Positions 20,852 through 31,840 of a stretch of DNA of 64,000 bases are shown piece after piece; the stretch's first letter is position 1, and the number at the start of each line of letters is the position of its first letter. The position numbers and the translations under genes are program-made. The stretch spans positions 128,001 to 192,000 of the forward strand of contig JAZDJN010000087.1 of the NCBI GenBank assembly GCA_043803945.1, in the 5' to 3' direction. Below the pieces are notes generated by a model. That model searched no databases. It was not told the origin of the DNA and worked only from the letters and a program-made list of their open reading frames with translations. Origin of the DNA: a bacterium. Lineage in GTDB: Bacteria > Bacteroidota > Ignavibacteria > UBA10030.

Positions 20852-23161
20852 ATGAAAACGAAAGTGAGTATTATAATTCTGCTGATCCCGGTGATGATTG
20901 TGTCACAGAGCAAATCTTGGGAAGCGATGGGTCCAGAGGGGGGAAGAATTGCTGCGTTCGCCCAGGATCCTCAAAACGGCGCCATCTTGTACACAACAAC
21001 CTATGGATATCCCAGCAAAATCTTTAAGTCTTCAACTCACGGACAACAATGGAACGTGGTTGGATCGATCAACGATTATATCAGTGGATTTGCTATTGAT
21101 CCACGTATAAGCGCAATCATCTATGTGTTCTCCTCGAGCCGGCTCTATCGAAGCACAAATGGCGGGCAGATCTGGTCATCGATTCCGTTGCCGGCGAATT
21201 ATTACCTCTATGACATTTGCCTCGATCCGATAAAATCCAACACGATTCATGCAAGCGGCTATCATTACGTCTCCGGCACAACATACCAGTCGTACGTCGC
21301 TTATCTGAACAGCACGAACGCCGGTGCATCCTGGACAACAAACGATATTCTGCTGACGTTGAGCTACAATGAGGGATATGGGCGAGCCATCGCTGTCGAT
21401 AGTTCTGATAATCAAACAATCCTCATTGGGGGTTACGTCTATGTACTCTCTGGCAGTTTGTACAACGGATATGGCAAACTCCTTCGCAGCACAAACAGCG
21501 GCGTTAGTTTTTCCGACGTGACACCATCGGGTTCAGGGTATTTCTACGATGTTGCTATCGATCCGAAAAATTCCGGGAAGGCCTACGCAGCATCGTCGGG
21601 TGGTGTCTATCGAACAACAGACAAGGGATTAACCTGGCTGCGGAATAATGGTTTTGTGGGCATCTGTTACTATCTTTCCCTCGATAAGGCGAATCCCAAT
21701 AACCTTCTCGCTCAATCATACGGCCAACTCTACCGGAGCACTGACGCTGGAATCAACTGGCTTCAATCACTTACGACCGGGTCGGGGTATTCGGGGATCA
21801 TCATGGAGAACTCTCCATCGCAGTACATGTTTTATGCCAACGACGCCGGCATTTTCCAATCCAGCAACCGCGGCAACACCTGGGAACCCTGCAATCGCGG
21901 TATTACCTCTGCAAATATCACCTCACTGTATACTCCATCTTCCTCGATGCCAATCCTGTATGCAGGATTCCAATACAATACAGTATTCAAAACCACGGCT
22001 GCAACTAACCCGTCGGTATCGTGGCAGATGCTGGATCGATTTTACACATGCACCAATATCAACGCAATACTCTCATTGCCGGAAGATCCGAACAAGCTTT
22101 ATGCTCTGGAGGGCGGCGGCTGAGGTAACTCTGGGCTCTATATGAGCACAAACGGCGGCGCCGCTTGGAAACAACTCAACCAGACGCTTGATGAAGGATA
22201 CGCAGTTGTCACTGTCCCCGGAAGTGTTTTTACCGGAGGATGTCTTGTCGATAGTGCGCTTTCAAAGATGGCTGTTATCAAACTCACCATTGATGGTACG
22301 CTAACCAACACATCGATCCTGAGTTCTGAAGCCGGTGAGGTGAAGGCCATGGCTGTCCATCCCATAAATTCTTCTATCGTGTATGCGGGTGGAACCTATC
22401 GTGATATTTCATACTATAACTGCAGTCGATTATATAAAACGATAAATGGCGGAAGCAGTTGGTTTGAAATCGGTAAAACTAGTTTCAACATCAAAAACGA
22501 TGGAGTGTACGGTCTCTGTGTCGATCCATCGAATCCGGCTAAACTTCTTGCCGCAACAAACCTTGGTGTTCTTGTCAGTGAAAACGAGGGTACGACATGG
22601 AGCTCGGCAGCGCAGAAATTAAATTGCACCTCGCTTCTCCCCGACCCTTTAACGCCCAACCGGTATTTTCTCGGAACAAGAACCGGCGTCTATATCAGCA
22701 TTGATGGCGGGAAGTCCTGGCAGCAACTCGGGGGCCAATTAACTGCAACACCGGTTCTCTCGCTCGCTTATGATAAAATAGCAAAGGTCCTTTATGCCGG
22801 GACAGAAGGGCAGGGTGTTTACCGCTATAGCCTCTCGACAACAAATGTTGCTTCAGCACCCTTTGATGTGCCCGACGAATTTGCGCTGTACCAGAATTAT
22901 CCCAACCCGTTTAATCCATTGACAATAATCGATTTTCAATTGCCGATTACCACAATGGTGACACTTAGTGTTTTTGACCTTCTCGGCCGCGAGGTGGCAA
23001 TACTGGTGAATGAAGAAAAAACGGCGGGAAGGTACTCCGTTTCATGGAATGCATCGAACACTCCGAGCGGTATTTATTTTTACAGACTGTTGACCGGCGA
23101 CGCCAACCATGAACCAAGGGCAAGTCTCTGTCAGACAAAAAGAATGATCATCCTGAGATAA
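20852..23161 (+). CDS. Secreted BNR/Asp-box beta-propeller selenoprotein with T9SS-type tail (769 aa, Sec424)
   Basis: ORFs ending 22123 and starting 22142 are in frame: LYALEGGG-TGA-GNSGLYMSTNGG completes one blade; signal peptide only in the first half, QNYPNPFNP only in the second. Confidence 0.85.
22135..22167 (+). promoter_or_regulatory. Conserved double-hairpin candidate SECIS for TGA 22121
   Basis: GCTC-TATAT-GAGC then CAAACGGC-GGC-GCCGCTTG; same structure follows TGA 29121 and TGA 33188. Confidence 0.65.
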
Positions 23162-23211
23162 TTTTTCGAATCTACTGTCTCTTCAAGCAGGACTATTATC
23201 GGACGGAAAGT

Positions 23212-24084
23212 TTGAGTACCTTGCTTTTATCCTATCACTTTGCAGCGACAATGATCCTTGCCCCAATGACTCCCTTACTGGCACAGCGACTCTGTGCTGC
23301 ACTTCACTGCAGCCTCCCCACAAAAAAAATGGTCGACGATATTTATCGGGCTGCACCAGTAAAACTTGCACCGCAGCCTATCCCCCCCAGCGGTGCCATG
23401 ATAACGGTGCCCGTGTTTGCCGCTCATAATGATTCGGTGCGACAATAACGCTCTGCTTCATTATCACAATTTCCCCTGGGTGTTCTGATAGGCGGAACAA
23501 AGAAGGATGTAATTATCTCAAACAGAATTTATACCAACCTAAAAATAAATGTCCCCAAGCCGGTCGTGATTTATGGATGGCATAAGCTCGATGGAACACC
23601 GATACAACCCGTCTATAACGGCCACGAGCAGACCTACGCCGATTACAGCCATGGCATTCGCCTTGTGAAGGATACCGTGCTGGTTGATGGTATCCCGAGA
23701 TTTCTCTCTTCGGTGCTTGCTGATCCGGTGTATCATCTTCTCTTGAGCGACGAAGGAATCATTTCCATTCCCTATTACACTTTATCTACCCATGTATTAC
23801 CCGAAGAGGTTCCACCGCCCTATCAATTTCAACTCCATCAAAACTATCCAAATCCATTCAACCCAATTACAACAATCTGTTTTACTGTGTCATCTTCTGG
23901 TAAGTATCAGCTCAGGGTGTACACCTTAACAGGAAAGGAAGTTAGCGTACTTGAATATCAGGAGTTGTATGCGGGTAATCAGACGGTTCGGTATGATGCT
24001 CGTGATCTGCCCTCGGGAACATATTTCTACAAATTAGAGAGCAAGAACGGTGCACTCATCAGAAAAATGACGCTGGTGAAATGA
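23212..24084 (+). pseudogene. Disrupted secreted protein with T9SS-type tail (5' truncated, in-frame TAA at 23446)
   Basis: ORFs 23212..23448 and 23566..24084 share a frame and read as one domain across the TAA (..HNDSVRQ*RSASLSQFPLGVLIGGTKKD..IYGWH..IQP..H..YADYSHGIRLV); no signal peptide. Confidence 0.65.
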
Positions 24085-24417
24085 AAGATCCTGAGATGGG
24101 AGAGAGTTCCGCCAATCCGCCAAAAAGATGGCGGACAAGTCCACCCCCGACATTAAAGCGTTGAACTGCCGGTCATCCGCCTGAATAGACCTAATCGTTC
24201 GCTGCTCAGCGAAATCTGATAGAAAGCGAATGAACTTTCACGGCGAGATTACTCTCTCTTTCGTTGCCGAAAGATATGGTTCGGGTATTTATCATTACCA
24301 CATTTAAAAGGTGAGCAGCATTTTCACGCGCAGAGTATTTTTTTGAAAGACCATTTTCCCAAACCATGTGATGGTTGCCTTTCACCTGAAACTCGTGTAG
24401 CTTTAATTCACTGAGGG

Positions 24418-24452
24418 TTGAATCCCCCGCTGCTTGCGGCGGGGAGCTTCAT
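24418..24452. repeat. Short palindrome resembling an IS200/IS605-type end (no transposase nearby)
   Basis: TTGAATCCCCCGCTGC-TT-GCGGCGGGGAGCTTCA. Confidence 0.4.
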
Positions 24453-24500
24453 TTTTATCACTGTTCTTTTTTTATCATCTGCCTGAAAGCTCCTGCCGAT

Positions 24501-26933
24501 ATGCCAAGAATAATGCTGCTTGTTTTTCTCCTTGCTGCGTCTACACTCCAGGCTCAGGTGGCGCTGGATACTCTTTCTTCGTTCCCTGTGGCACCCGGTG
24601 TAATCCATACCACCATCGTTGCCCCGTCTGTTCCATGGACAATCAACCTGCTCCAGATCGACCTTACCAATCCCCTCATTAGCGTCAAAACGGTCAAAGC
24701 GAACGACCGCATGGCGGGTCTGGAACGAACAAGCTCCATGGCGGCACGGAATAGCCGCGAAGGTCACCTGGTTGCAGCCGCAGTTAATGGAGATGCTTAT
24801 GCGGCCGGTGGTATTCCCACCAACATGCAACTGGTCGACGGTGAGCCTGTTCACAAAGAGGTCGACAACGTCTGTATCGGGCTCGACCTGACCAAGAAAC
24901 CGATGATGAAGATGGTGAATTTCGACGGCGAAGTCCGGACCGCAAAGGAGGTCTATCATTTTTCCAGCATCAATCAGGCACGAGGATCCGATCAGCTTGT
25001 GCTCTTCAACCGCTTCTACGGAAACTCAACAGGTACCGATGCCAACGGTGCAGAGGCGCTTTTGACGCCTCTGTCGGAATGGTATGCCAATGGCCTCGTG
25101 GCATGCCGGGTCGATACAATTGTCAACGGCGCAGGGAACACGTCATTTCCCTCTTCAAAAGTTATCCTTTCAGGTCATGGCGCCGCTCGAACATTTCTAA
25201 CATCACGAATACAACAAGGTGACACGCTCCATCTCTTTCTCGGCCTGTCGCCCTCTCTAAAAAAAATGAAACAGATGATTGGGGGATTTTCTATCCTCGT
25301 GTCCGAGGGAAAAGTTAATACTACGCGTATCACGGTCCGTGAGCCGCGCACCATTGCAGGTTTCTCTGCCGACAGCACAAAACTCTATCTTGCGACCATC
25401 GATGGACGGTCGGCATCGAGTCTCGGGATGACTTACTTTGAGCTTGCCGATTTTATGCTCCAGATGGGGATGGCTTTCGGCATTAACCTGGACGGCGGCG
25501 GATCGACCACAATGGTCGTCCGGGATCAAATAACCAACCGCCCGTCAGACGGCCAGGAGCGAATGGTAGGCAATTCCATCGTCGTCGTTTCCACCGCGCC
25601 GAAAGGTCAGTTGACAAAGATTCAGATACTGCCGAATCGGGCAAAAGTTTTTATCGGAGATACGTTTCAGTTCTCGGCGCAGGGTGTTGATGAATATTTT
25701 AATCCGTATCAGCTCGATCCTTCCCTAATCACTTTTTCCGTTCATCCCTCCCTGGGAACGATATCCCCGACGGGACTTTTCAAACCGAGCGGGTTAAAAG
25801 AAAGCGGATTTGTCTACATCTCTTATGGATCGCTTATCGATTCCGCAGCAGTGTTGCTCCGAACGATCCGGCGAATAGCGATAACACCGAAATTTGCTGT
25901 CACCGATCTTTCCCGCCCAATTCCTTTTTCGCTGAATGGATTTGACGAGGACGGTATGGCACATAAACCCGGCCTTTATCAAATTCAATGGAGGCTCACG
26001 AATCCTTCGCTTGGACAGATTTCGCCGGAAGGCGTTTTTACTCCACAGGCCAGGGGAATCTCGCTTCTTATTGCCTCCATGAACAATACGGCAGCAGACA
26101 CAGCGCTGATCCGGGTGGAGACAGGAAGCGGAACGCTCGTGATCGATTCATTGGAATCGAGAGGGAACTGGAAAATCTCTATGTTGAATATCGAACAGGC
26201 CGCCGTGAGTATTGCTCCAACTGTCAGTTCATTAGGCCGGTTTTCTCTGCAAATCGATTATTCATACCGGTATGATTCAAGCGTCCCCTCGTACATCTAC
26301 ATCGATTCTTTGTTTTCGTTATACGGTGTACCGGATTCACTCTCGGTTGACTGCCGCGCCGATAGTGCACGGTACCGTCTCTATTTCATTGTCGAGGATG
26401 ACAACAGGGAATTATTCCGTTTCTTCGGGCATACATTTGCTGATCAGCCAAACATCTTCAAACAGATTCGGGCATCGACTGCTACTCCTCAGATGGTTGG
26501 CACCTCGGGAGTTTTCAATTTTCCTATCACGCTGAAACGTATCGAAATACAGTTGATGGGAACGGGAAAATTTTCAGGGACTCATTACAATGGTACGTTG
26601 TATCTGGATAATCTCACCGTTCATTATCCGGGAATTCCCACCGTTGCAGAACGGGAGATCTCTCCTCCTCGAACTTTTTCTCTTCTGCAAAACTTCCCCA
26701 ATCCCTTCAATCCGACAACGACCATCCGGTTTACGGTTCCTCACAATGGCCTATACCGCTTGACCGTTCATAACCTGCTGGGTCAGGAAGTGATTATGGT
26801 ACTGCACAAGACTCTTTCAGCAGGGTATTATTCGGTACTGTTCGATGCAGAGCAGTTAAGCTCGGGTATGTACGTTTACAAGCTCGAAGGGGGTGCGTTA
26901 ACCCTTACGAAGAAAATGCTGATCGTGAAGTAA
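24501..26933 (+). CDS. Secreted phosphodiester glycosidase (NAGPA-like) family protein with Ig-like domains and T9SS-type tail
   Basis: AAVNGD, EPRTIAG, IDGR, GINLDGGGSTTMVV, NRPSDGQER motifs; QNFPNPFNP. Confidence 0.88.
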   Translation: MPRIMLLVFLLAASTLQAQVALDTLSSFPVAPGVIHTTIVAPSVPWTINLLQIDLTNPLISVKTVKANDRMAGLERTSSMAARNSREGHLVAAAVNGDAYAAGGIPTNMQLVDGEPVHKEVDNVCIGLDLTKKPMMKMVNFDGEVRTAKEVYHFSSINQARGSDQLVLFNRFYGNSTGTDANGAEALLTPLSEWYANGLVACRVDTIVNGAGNTSFPSSKVILSGHGAARTFLTSRIQQGDTLHLFLGLSPSLKKMKQMIGGFSILVSEGKVNTTRITVREPRTIAGFSADSTKLYLATIDGRSASSLGMTYFELADFMLQMGMAFGINLDGGGSTTMVVRDQITNRPSDGQERMVGNSIVVVSTAPKGQLTKIQILPNRAKVFIGDTFQFSAQGVDEYFNPYQLDPSLITFSVHPSLGTISPTGLFKPSGLKESGFVYISYGSLIDSAAVLLRTIRRIAITPKFAVTDLSRPIPFSLNGFDEDGMAHKPGLYQIQWRLTNPSLGQISPEGVFTPQARGISLLIASMNNTAADTALIRVETGSGTLVIDSLESRGNWKISMLNIEQAAVSIAPTVSSLGRFSLQIDYSYRYDSSVPSYIYIDSLFSLYGVPDSLSVDCRADSARYRLYFIVEDDNRELFRFFGHTFADQPNIFKQIRASTATPQMVGTSGVFNFPITLKRIEIQLMGTGKFSGTHYNGTLYLDNLTVHYPGIPTVAEREISPPRTFSLLQNFPNPFNPTTTIRFTVPHNGLYRLTVHNLLGQEVIMVLHKTLSAGYYSVLFDAEQLSSGMYVYKLEGGALTLTKKMLIVK

Positions 26934-27007
26934 CGGATGATTCTTTTAGAGAAATTGGTTATCATTAGACCAGAGCTTAAGAAAGCGATTGCCAGAAAGA
27001 ATCCAGC

Positions 27008-27514
27008 ATGGTCCGTCCAAATATCAGAACTCTAGCAACCCTGTTTATTCTTTTCGTTGTACCATCGTTGATCTCCCATGCACAGGAAGGCCTCAAAGCA
27101 GGAATGAAAGCACCAGACTTCGAGCTCTCCGACATTAACGGAAACAAGGTTTCTCTCTCTTCCTTCCTCAATAAAAACATCGTCGTCATTCACTTCTGGA
27201 AATCGAAGTGAAGAGAATGCCAGGCGGAGTTTCCGTCTCTCATCGATCTGCAGGAAGAAATTAAAGAAGTAAAAGTCCTCTCCATCAACACCATTGACAT
27301 GGCGAGAAGGGTACAGTCCGATGCCAGAGCTTTCGGCCTCCCCTTCGATGTCCTTGTCGGCAGGGATTCGAACATCCTTACCGTTTACAAAGTCACAAAA
27401 CTCCCCCGGGTGCTTATTGTCGGAAAGAAGGGGACTGTTGTCTTCACCGAAAAGTTTGCCTCCTATGAAAAGCTCAAAGAAGAAGTTGAAAAAGCATTGA
27501 AGAAGGGATTATAG
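27008..27514 (+). CDS. Exported TlpA/AhpC-TSA thioredoxin-like selenoprotein with UxxC (168 aa, Sec68)
   Basis: ORFs 27008..27211 and 27299..27514 are in frame; KAPDFEL...VVIHFWKSK-TGA-RECQAEFP...LPR (cis-Pro loop). Confidence 0.9.
27222..27238 (+). promoter_or_regulatory. SECIS-like hairpin for TGA 27209
   Basis: AGGCGG-AGTTT-CCGTCT, nearly identical to the hairpin at 20509-20525; loop at +17. Confidence 0.8.
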
Positions 27515-27535
27515 CAATATCATACTCAGCCAATA

Positions 27536-27782
27536 AGTGCCACAAAGAAAAAAGAAAACTATAAAGAGTTCTTTCTTCGTGTAGCTTCGTGCCTCCTTCG
27601 TGCTCTTCGTGTAACGCTATTAAAAACTTTACACTAAGTGACACGAAGGAAAAGAGAAGACACAGAGGCGTAAAATAACGAGTGTTAATAATTGTCGTAA
27701 AGCAAGATAGAATAGAATCCATACATTAAGTCATCATAATCCTGTAAGTGTTTCACTTGGTGCCTTATAGACTTCGTGGCAC
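27536..27782. repeat. CTTCGTG/CACGAAG-type short repeat cluster
   Basis: cttcgtgtagcttcgtgcctccttcgtgctcttcgtg with complementary acacgaag; related motifs at about 1715-1850, 34770-34810 and 37940. Confidence 0.55.
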
Positions 27783-27815
27783 ATTTTTCGTCGAGAACTA
27801 AGTAAGGAGAATCAC

Positions 27816-29852
27816 ATGAATCTCATCACCAGAAGAATTTCAGGGTGCATCGTTTTGATGTTCCTGTTTTGCGGGCTCCTTTTCTGTCAGAAAGCTCAAT
27901 GGGAGTCTCTCGGTCCCGACGGCGGTATGATTCAAAGCCTCCTCAAAGATCCGGGTAATGGTAACATTCTTTACTGTGCCGCTCAGGGGAAACCATACCG
28001 CATCTTCCGCTCGACAGACGGAGGGAACCACTGGTCGCAGGTTTCGAAGATCGACGATCAAGTGCTCGCCTTTGGGAATCATCCCACAGTGAAATCGATG
28101 CTCTATGTGCTCGCCTACAAAGTGAGCACAGACAATACACGACCGACACGGGAGAACACACTCTACATCAGCACGGATGGCGGAACAAGCTGGCTGACTA
28201 AAGAGCTTCCGGAGCAGACATTTATTTCAAAGATTGCTCTTGATCCGGTAAGCCCGACAATTATCCACGCAATGGGATTGCTGCAGCCGGATTATAAGCG
28301 GGCATACTTTAAAAGCACGGATGAGGGAAAGAGCTGGACTCAAACCATCATTGCATCGGGGCGTGGTTCTGCAAGCGTCCTTGGAATCGATCCAAAGAAT
28401 CCCAACATCATCTATGTCGGCGGTTATACCCTGAATGATTCCAACAAACTCGTGCCCGCATTCTATAAGAGTGTCGATGGCGGAGCACATTTCGAGCAGA
28501 TGTCCCTGAAGATCACCACTCCCGCAGTTGCCATCATTTCAGATATTGCCATCGACCCCACGGCCTCCGGCAGGCTCTTCATTTCAATTTCCAATGCCGT
28601 CTATCGAAGCACCAACGGCGGCGAATCATGGGAAAAGAACAGCAGTACAATCCTCGCAGTGCAGCGGCTCTGGCTCGACCCGAATGATTCGAACCATCTC
28701 TTTGCCGCAACTTCTCCGGGGATTATCGAGAGCAAGGATGGCGGCGTAACGTGGAAATCGCTCACCGGCAAATATCCCGGCCGAACAACGAATGGTCTCA
28801 TGTTCAAGTCAAAGCCAATGCCCACGGTGCTTGTTACCAACTCCTCCGGTATCTGGCGAACGGTGGATGGAGGAAAAACATGGAAGTCAAGCCACAGTGG
28901 CATTCTCGGTACAACGGTCACGGCGTTAAGTATCGCCCCATCGTCACCGAACATTTTATATTCCGATGTAAAGTTCAATGCGCTCTATAAAACAACAGTC
29001 GCTGCAAAACCAACTGTTGTATGGAAACAGCTTCCGGTTTTCTATACGTGTACAGAGTTAAGCAGCCTGATGATCTCGGAGAAAGATCCCGATAAAATCA
29101 TCGCCCTCGAAGGCGGTGGCTGAGGAAACTCAGGGCTCTTTGTGAGCACAGACGGCGGCGCCGTTTGGAACGAACAGGATAAGACACTTGATGACGGATT
29201 TGCACTTGCATTGGGATCGGCCCTCTATCAGGCGGGCAGTTGGAAACCGGATCCGAAGAATACGCTGATTCGAATGGCGGTCTTTAAGAGTTCTGACAAG
29301 GGCGAAACCTGGCAGCATAAAACACTCAGCGACAGCGCAGGGGTGGTCAAGGCGCTGGTGGTTCACCCTACAAACAAGAACATTCTCTTTGCCGGCGGGA
29401 CAGTCTGGTGGAACCGGTTTATGAAAAACGCTGTCACTAAAAGCGTTCTCTACGCTACTCAGGACGCTGGAGAAACCTGGATAGAAATCGAAGGATTGAA
29501 CGGCAAGTCGGATTGTATTAACGGCCTTGTCTTTGAACCAGGCAATCCTAATCGACTGCTTGCTGCCATGAACAATGGTGTTGCCATCAGCGAAGATGGA
29601 GGAAAGATATGGAAGCTGCCATCGCAGCAGGTAGCGGCACTTTGTATTGTTGCCGACCAGCTTCAAAAAGGGCGCTTTTTCATTGGCGGCCCGAAGGGTG
29701 CCTGGAGGAGCGATGACGGCGGAATCACGTGGAAAGAACTCAATGAGGGCTTGACCATTCGCTCGATTCTCTGTCTGACATATGATTCGAAAAATTCGAT
29801 ACTGTATGCCGGCACTGAAAGCGGCGGCACAGTACGGTTGCACCTGAAATAA
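27816..29852 (+). CDS. Exported BNR beta-propeller selenoprotein (678 aa, Sec436)
   Basis: In-frame ORF pair; FYTC...IIALEGGG-TGA-GNSGLFVSTDGG; AAGGAG RBS and signal peptide. Confidence 0.85.
29135..29167 (+). promoter_or_regulatory. Double-hairpin candidate SECIS for TGA 29121
   Basis: GCTC-TTTGT-GAGC then CAGACGGC-GGC-GCCGTTTG (8 pairs). Confidence 0.7.
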
Positions 29853-30134
29853 CCCGATATGGTCGGGAGCAGACTTGTCCCGACGTTTTTGTCGGGAGCT
29901 CCCTCCCAGATACCGAACCGTTCTCTCCTTCCGGTGTTCATAGAGAAGGGAACGGTTCGTTTCGTACTATCGCTTTACAGTAATCAAGAGACTTCGTACA
30001 TTGTACTTGCCTGCCGGGAGAATGTGGGGAAGGTTCGGGCTGCGCGATGTGTAACGCACATCGCGCGATCATCAACACGTTCAGGACATCGTTCTCACAT
30101 GTTTATTCCACACAGCACAATCAGAGAGGTACAA

Positions 30135-31769
30135 ATGAAACCGTTCATTGTTGCTCTTGCTCTTCTTTTTGCGTTCTCCCTCCGCGCACAGGAAACGATC
30201 ATCACCGGCACACTGCTTGGTTATGACGGCAAACCGATGCAGATGACAAACATTCATCTTCAAAAACCGGGACAAAAACCAAAAGAAACTGTCCGGGCAG
30301 AGAAGGATGGTTCGTTCAAACTGATCGTTAAGGATACCGGCATTGTTCTTATCAAGTTTGCCGGACTCTTTCATCTGTCGGAAGATATTCCCTTTCTCAT
30401 CAAGCAACCGTCTACCATCAAGCTTTCGCTTCAGTTAGGGACATACCATTGCAATAAAAAACCACTAGACCCAAAGATTCTTGGAAGTTTTAATAATTGG
30501 AACTTATCGAAGCCTTTCGACCTGAAAGAAGAAAAGGATGGGACATATTCCGCGGAATTTGAAACAGCAGAAAAGGAATTTTCCTATCAGGTTCAGGGTT
30601 TTGAATCAACCGGTCGAACCGTTAACGGTACGCTTTCCGAACGGTATGAATACGACGGCGACGGTGATTATCGATCGATTGTGACACCAAAGGATGGAAA
30701 GATAAAAATTGTTTTTGATCCCTCTAAGGTTCTTGTCTCTTCCGCCCTGCCAAAACTCCAATTCGACGATCCCGGAAGCCGTGCGGCTCGCTATAGCACT
30801 TACCGCTTCGATGTCCTACGGTTGATACGGGAACGCTCATGGGCTCTCCTCGACTTTATTAACTCCGGAGGTGAGTCTAAAGACTTCAAGTTCGACAAGG
30901 ATTATTCGTCTGAGATGACCGCCTGCGCACAAGAAATAAAGAAGGAGAGTGATCCGCTGCTTCGTGATTTACTCTTTTTAAAATATTTTTACTACCCGCC
31001 TGAGAAAGGAGATATTGAAATTGCCAGACTCTACTTGAAGGTACTTCCCGACTTAATGAAACATCAACCTAGCGCGGGTGAGATCTCAGTTTTCTCTTCA
31101 CTTCTCTCGATCGGTAAAATGATGCAGTATAACGATGAATACATGAGCTCCTTTTTCGAGATCATTGATAATTCCAAAAGTGCAATTCTAAATTACAATT
31201 TGATCAATAATGTAATGAGAAATTTGAAGACACAGAACGATGCTGCGGCAGTAAAAGCATTCTACACGAAAGCGTTGGAAAAACTGGAAGGCACATCGTG
31301 GCTAAGGTCTTTCAAACAGCAATATGCTCCGAAAGCAGTAATTGCCGCAGGCGAAGCGGTTCCCTCTTTCTTAGTCAAGTCGCTGGAAGACAATACAAAA
31401 ATCTACACCAATCAAACAATGAAAGGCAAAGTGTACCTGGTACACTTCTGGGCGTCATGGTCCGAACCATCGTTGAAAGAGATGGAGAATCTTCACAAAA
31501 CGTATGAACAGTACAAAACAAAGAACTTTGAAATTCTCAGTCTCTCAGTTGATGCTTCACCGGAAGAGGGAACAGCGTTTCGTAAAAAGAAATGGGCGAT
31601 GCCCTGGCTCCATGCCTTTGCATCGACGGAGAAGAATTTGTTGGCCGACTTTGGGGTGCTTGCACCGCCAAAATTGATACTGATCGATACAAAGGGGATT
31701 GTCGTCGCAATGGACGCAGAGCTTCAGGGTGCAGCGTTGGGACAAACGCTTGCTCGTATTCTAAAATGA
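30135..31769 (+). CDS. Exported protein with C-terminal TlpA-like domain lacking both active-site cysteines
   Basis: GAGG RBS then MKPFIVAL signal; KGKVYLVHFWASWSEPSLKEM in place of WASWCxPC. Confidence 0.85.
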   Translation: MKPFIVALALLFAFSLRAQETIITGTLLGYDGKPMQMTNIHLQKPGQKPKETVRAEKDGSFKLIVKDTGIVLIKFAGLFHLSEDIPFLIKQPSTIKLSLQLGTYHCNKKPLDPKILGSFNNWNLSKPFDLKEEKDGTYSAEFETAEKEFSYQVQGFESTGRTVNGTLSERYEYDGDGDYRSIVTPKDGKIKIVFDPSKVLVSSALPKLQFDDPGSRAARYSTYRFDVLRLIRERSWALLDFINSGGESKDFKFDKDYSSEMTACAQEIKKESDPLLRDLLFLKYFYYPPEKGDIEIARLYLKVLPDLMKHQPSAGEISVFSSLLSIGKMMQYNDEYMSSFFEIIDNSKSAILNYNLINNVMRNLKTQNDAAAVKAFYTKALEKLEGTSWLRSFKQQYAPKAVIAAGEAVPSFLVKSLEDNTKIYTNQTMKGKVYLVHFWASWSEPSLKEMENLHKTYEQYKTKNFEILSLSVDASPEEGTAFRKKKWAMPWLHAFASTEKNLLADFGVLAPPKLILIDTKGIVVAMDAELQGAALGQTLARILK

Positions 31770-31840
31770 TTATTGATTAATGCTCTCTAGAGAATGATAT
31801 TGAACTTGTTATTCACTCACTACTATGTGGAGGTGACTCA

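Noticed and set aside
23446-23448. Another recoded stop
   Set aside because: The codon is TAA, there is no Cys motif or SECIS-like hairpin, and the gene is also 5' truncated, so it is a pseudogene
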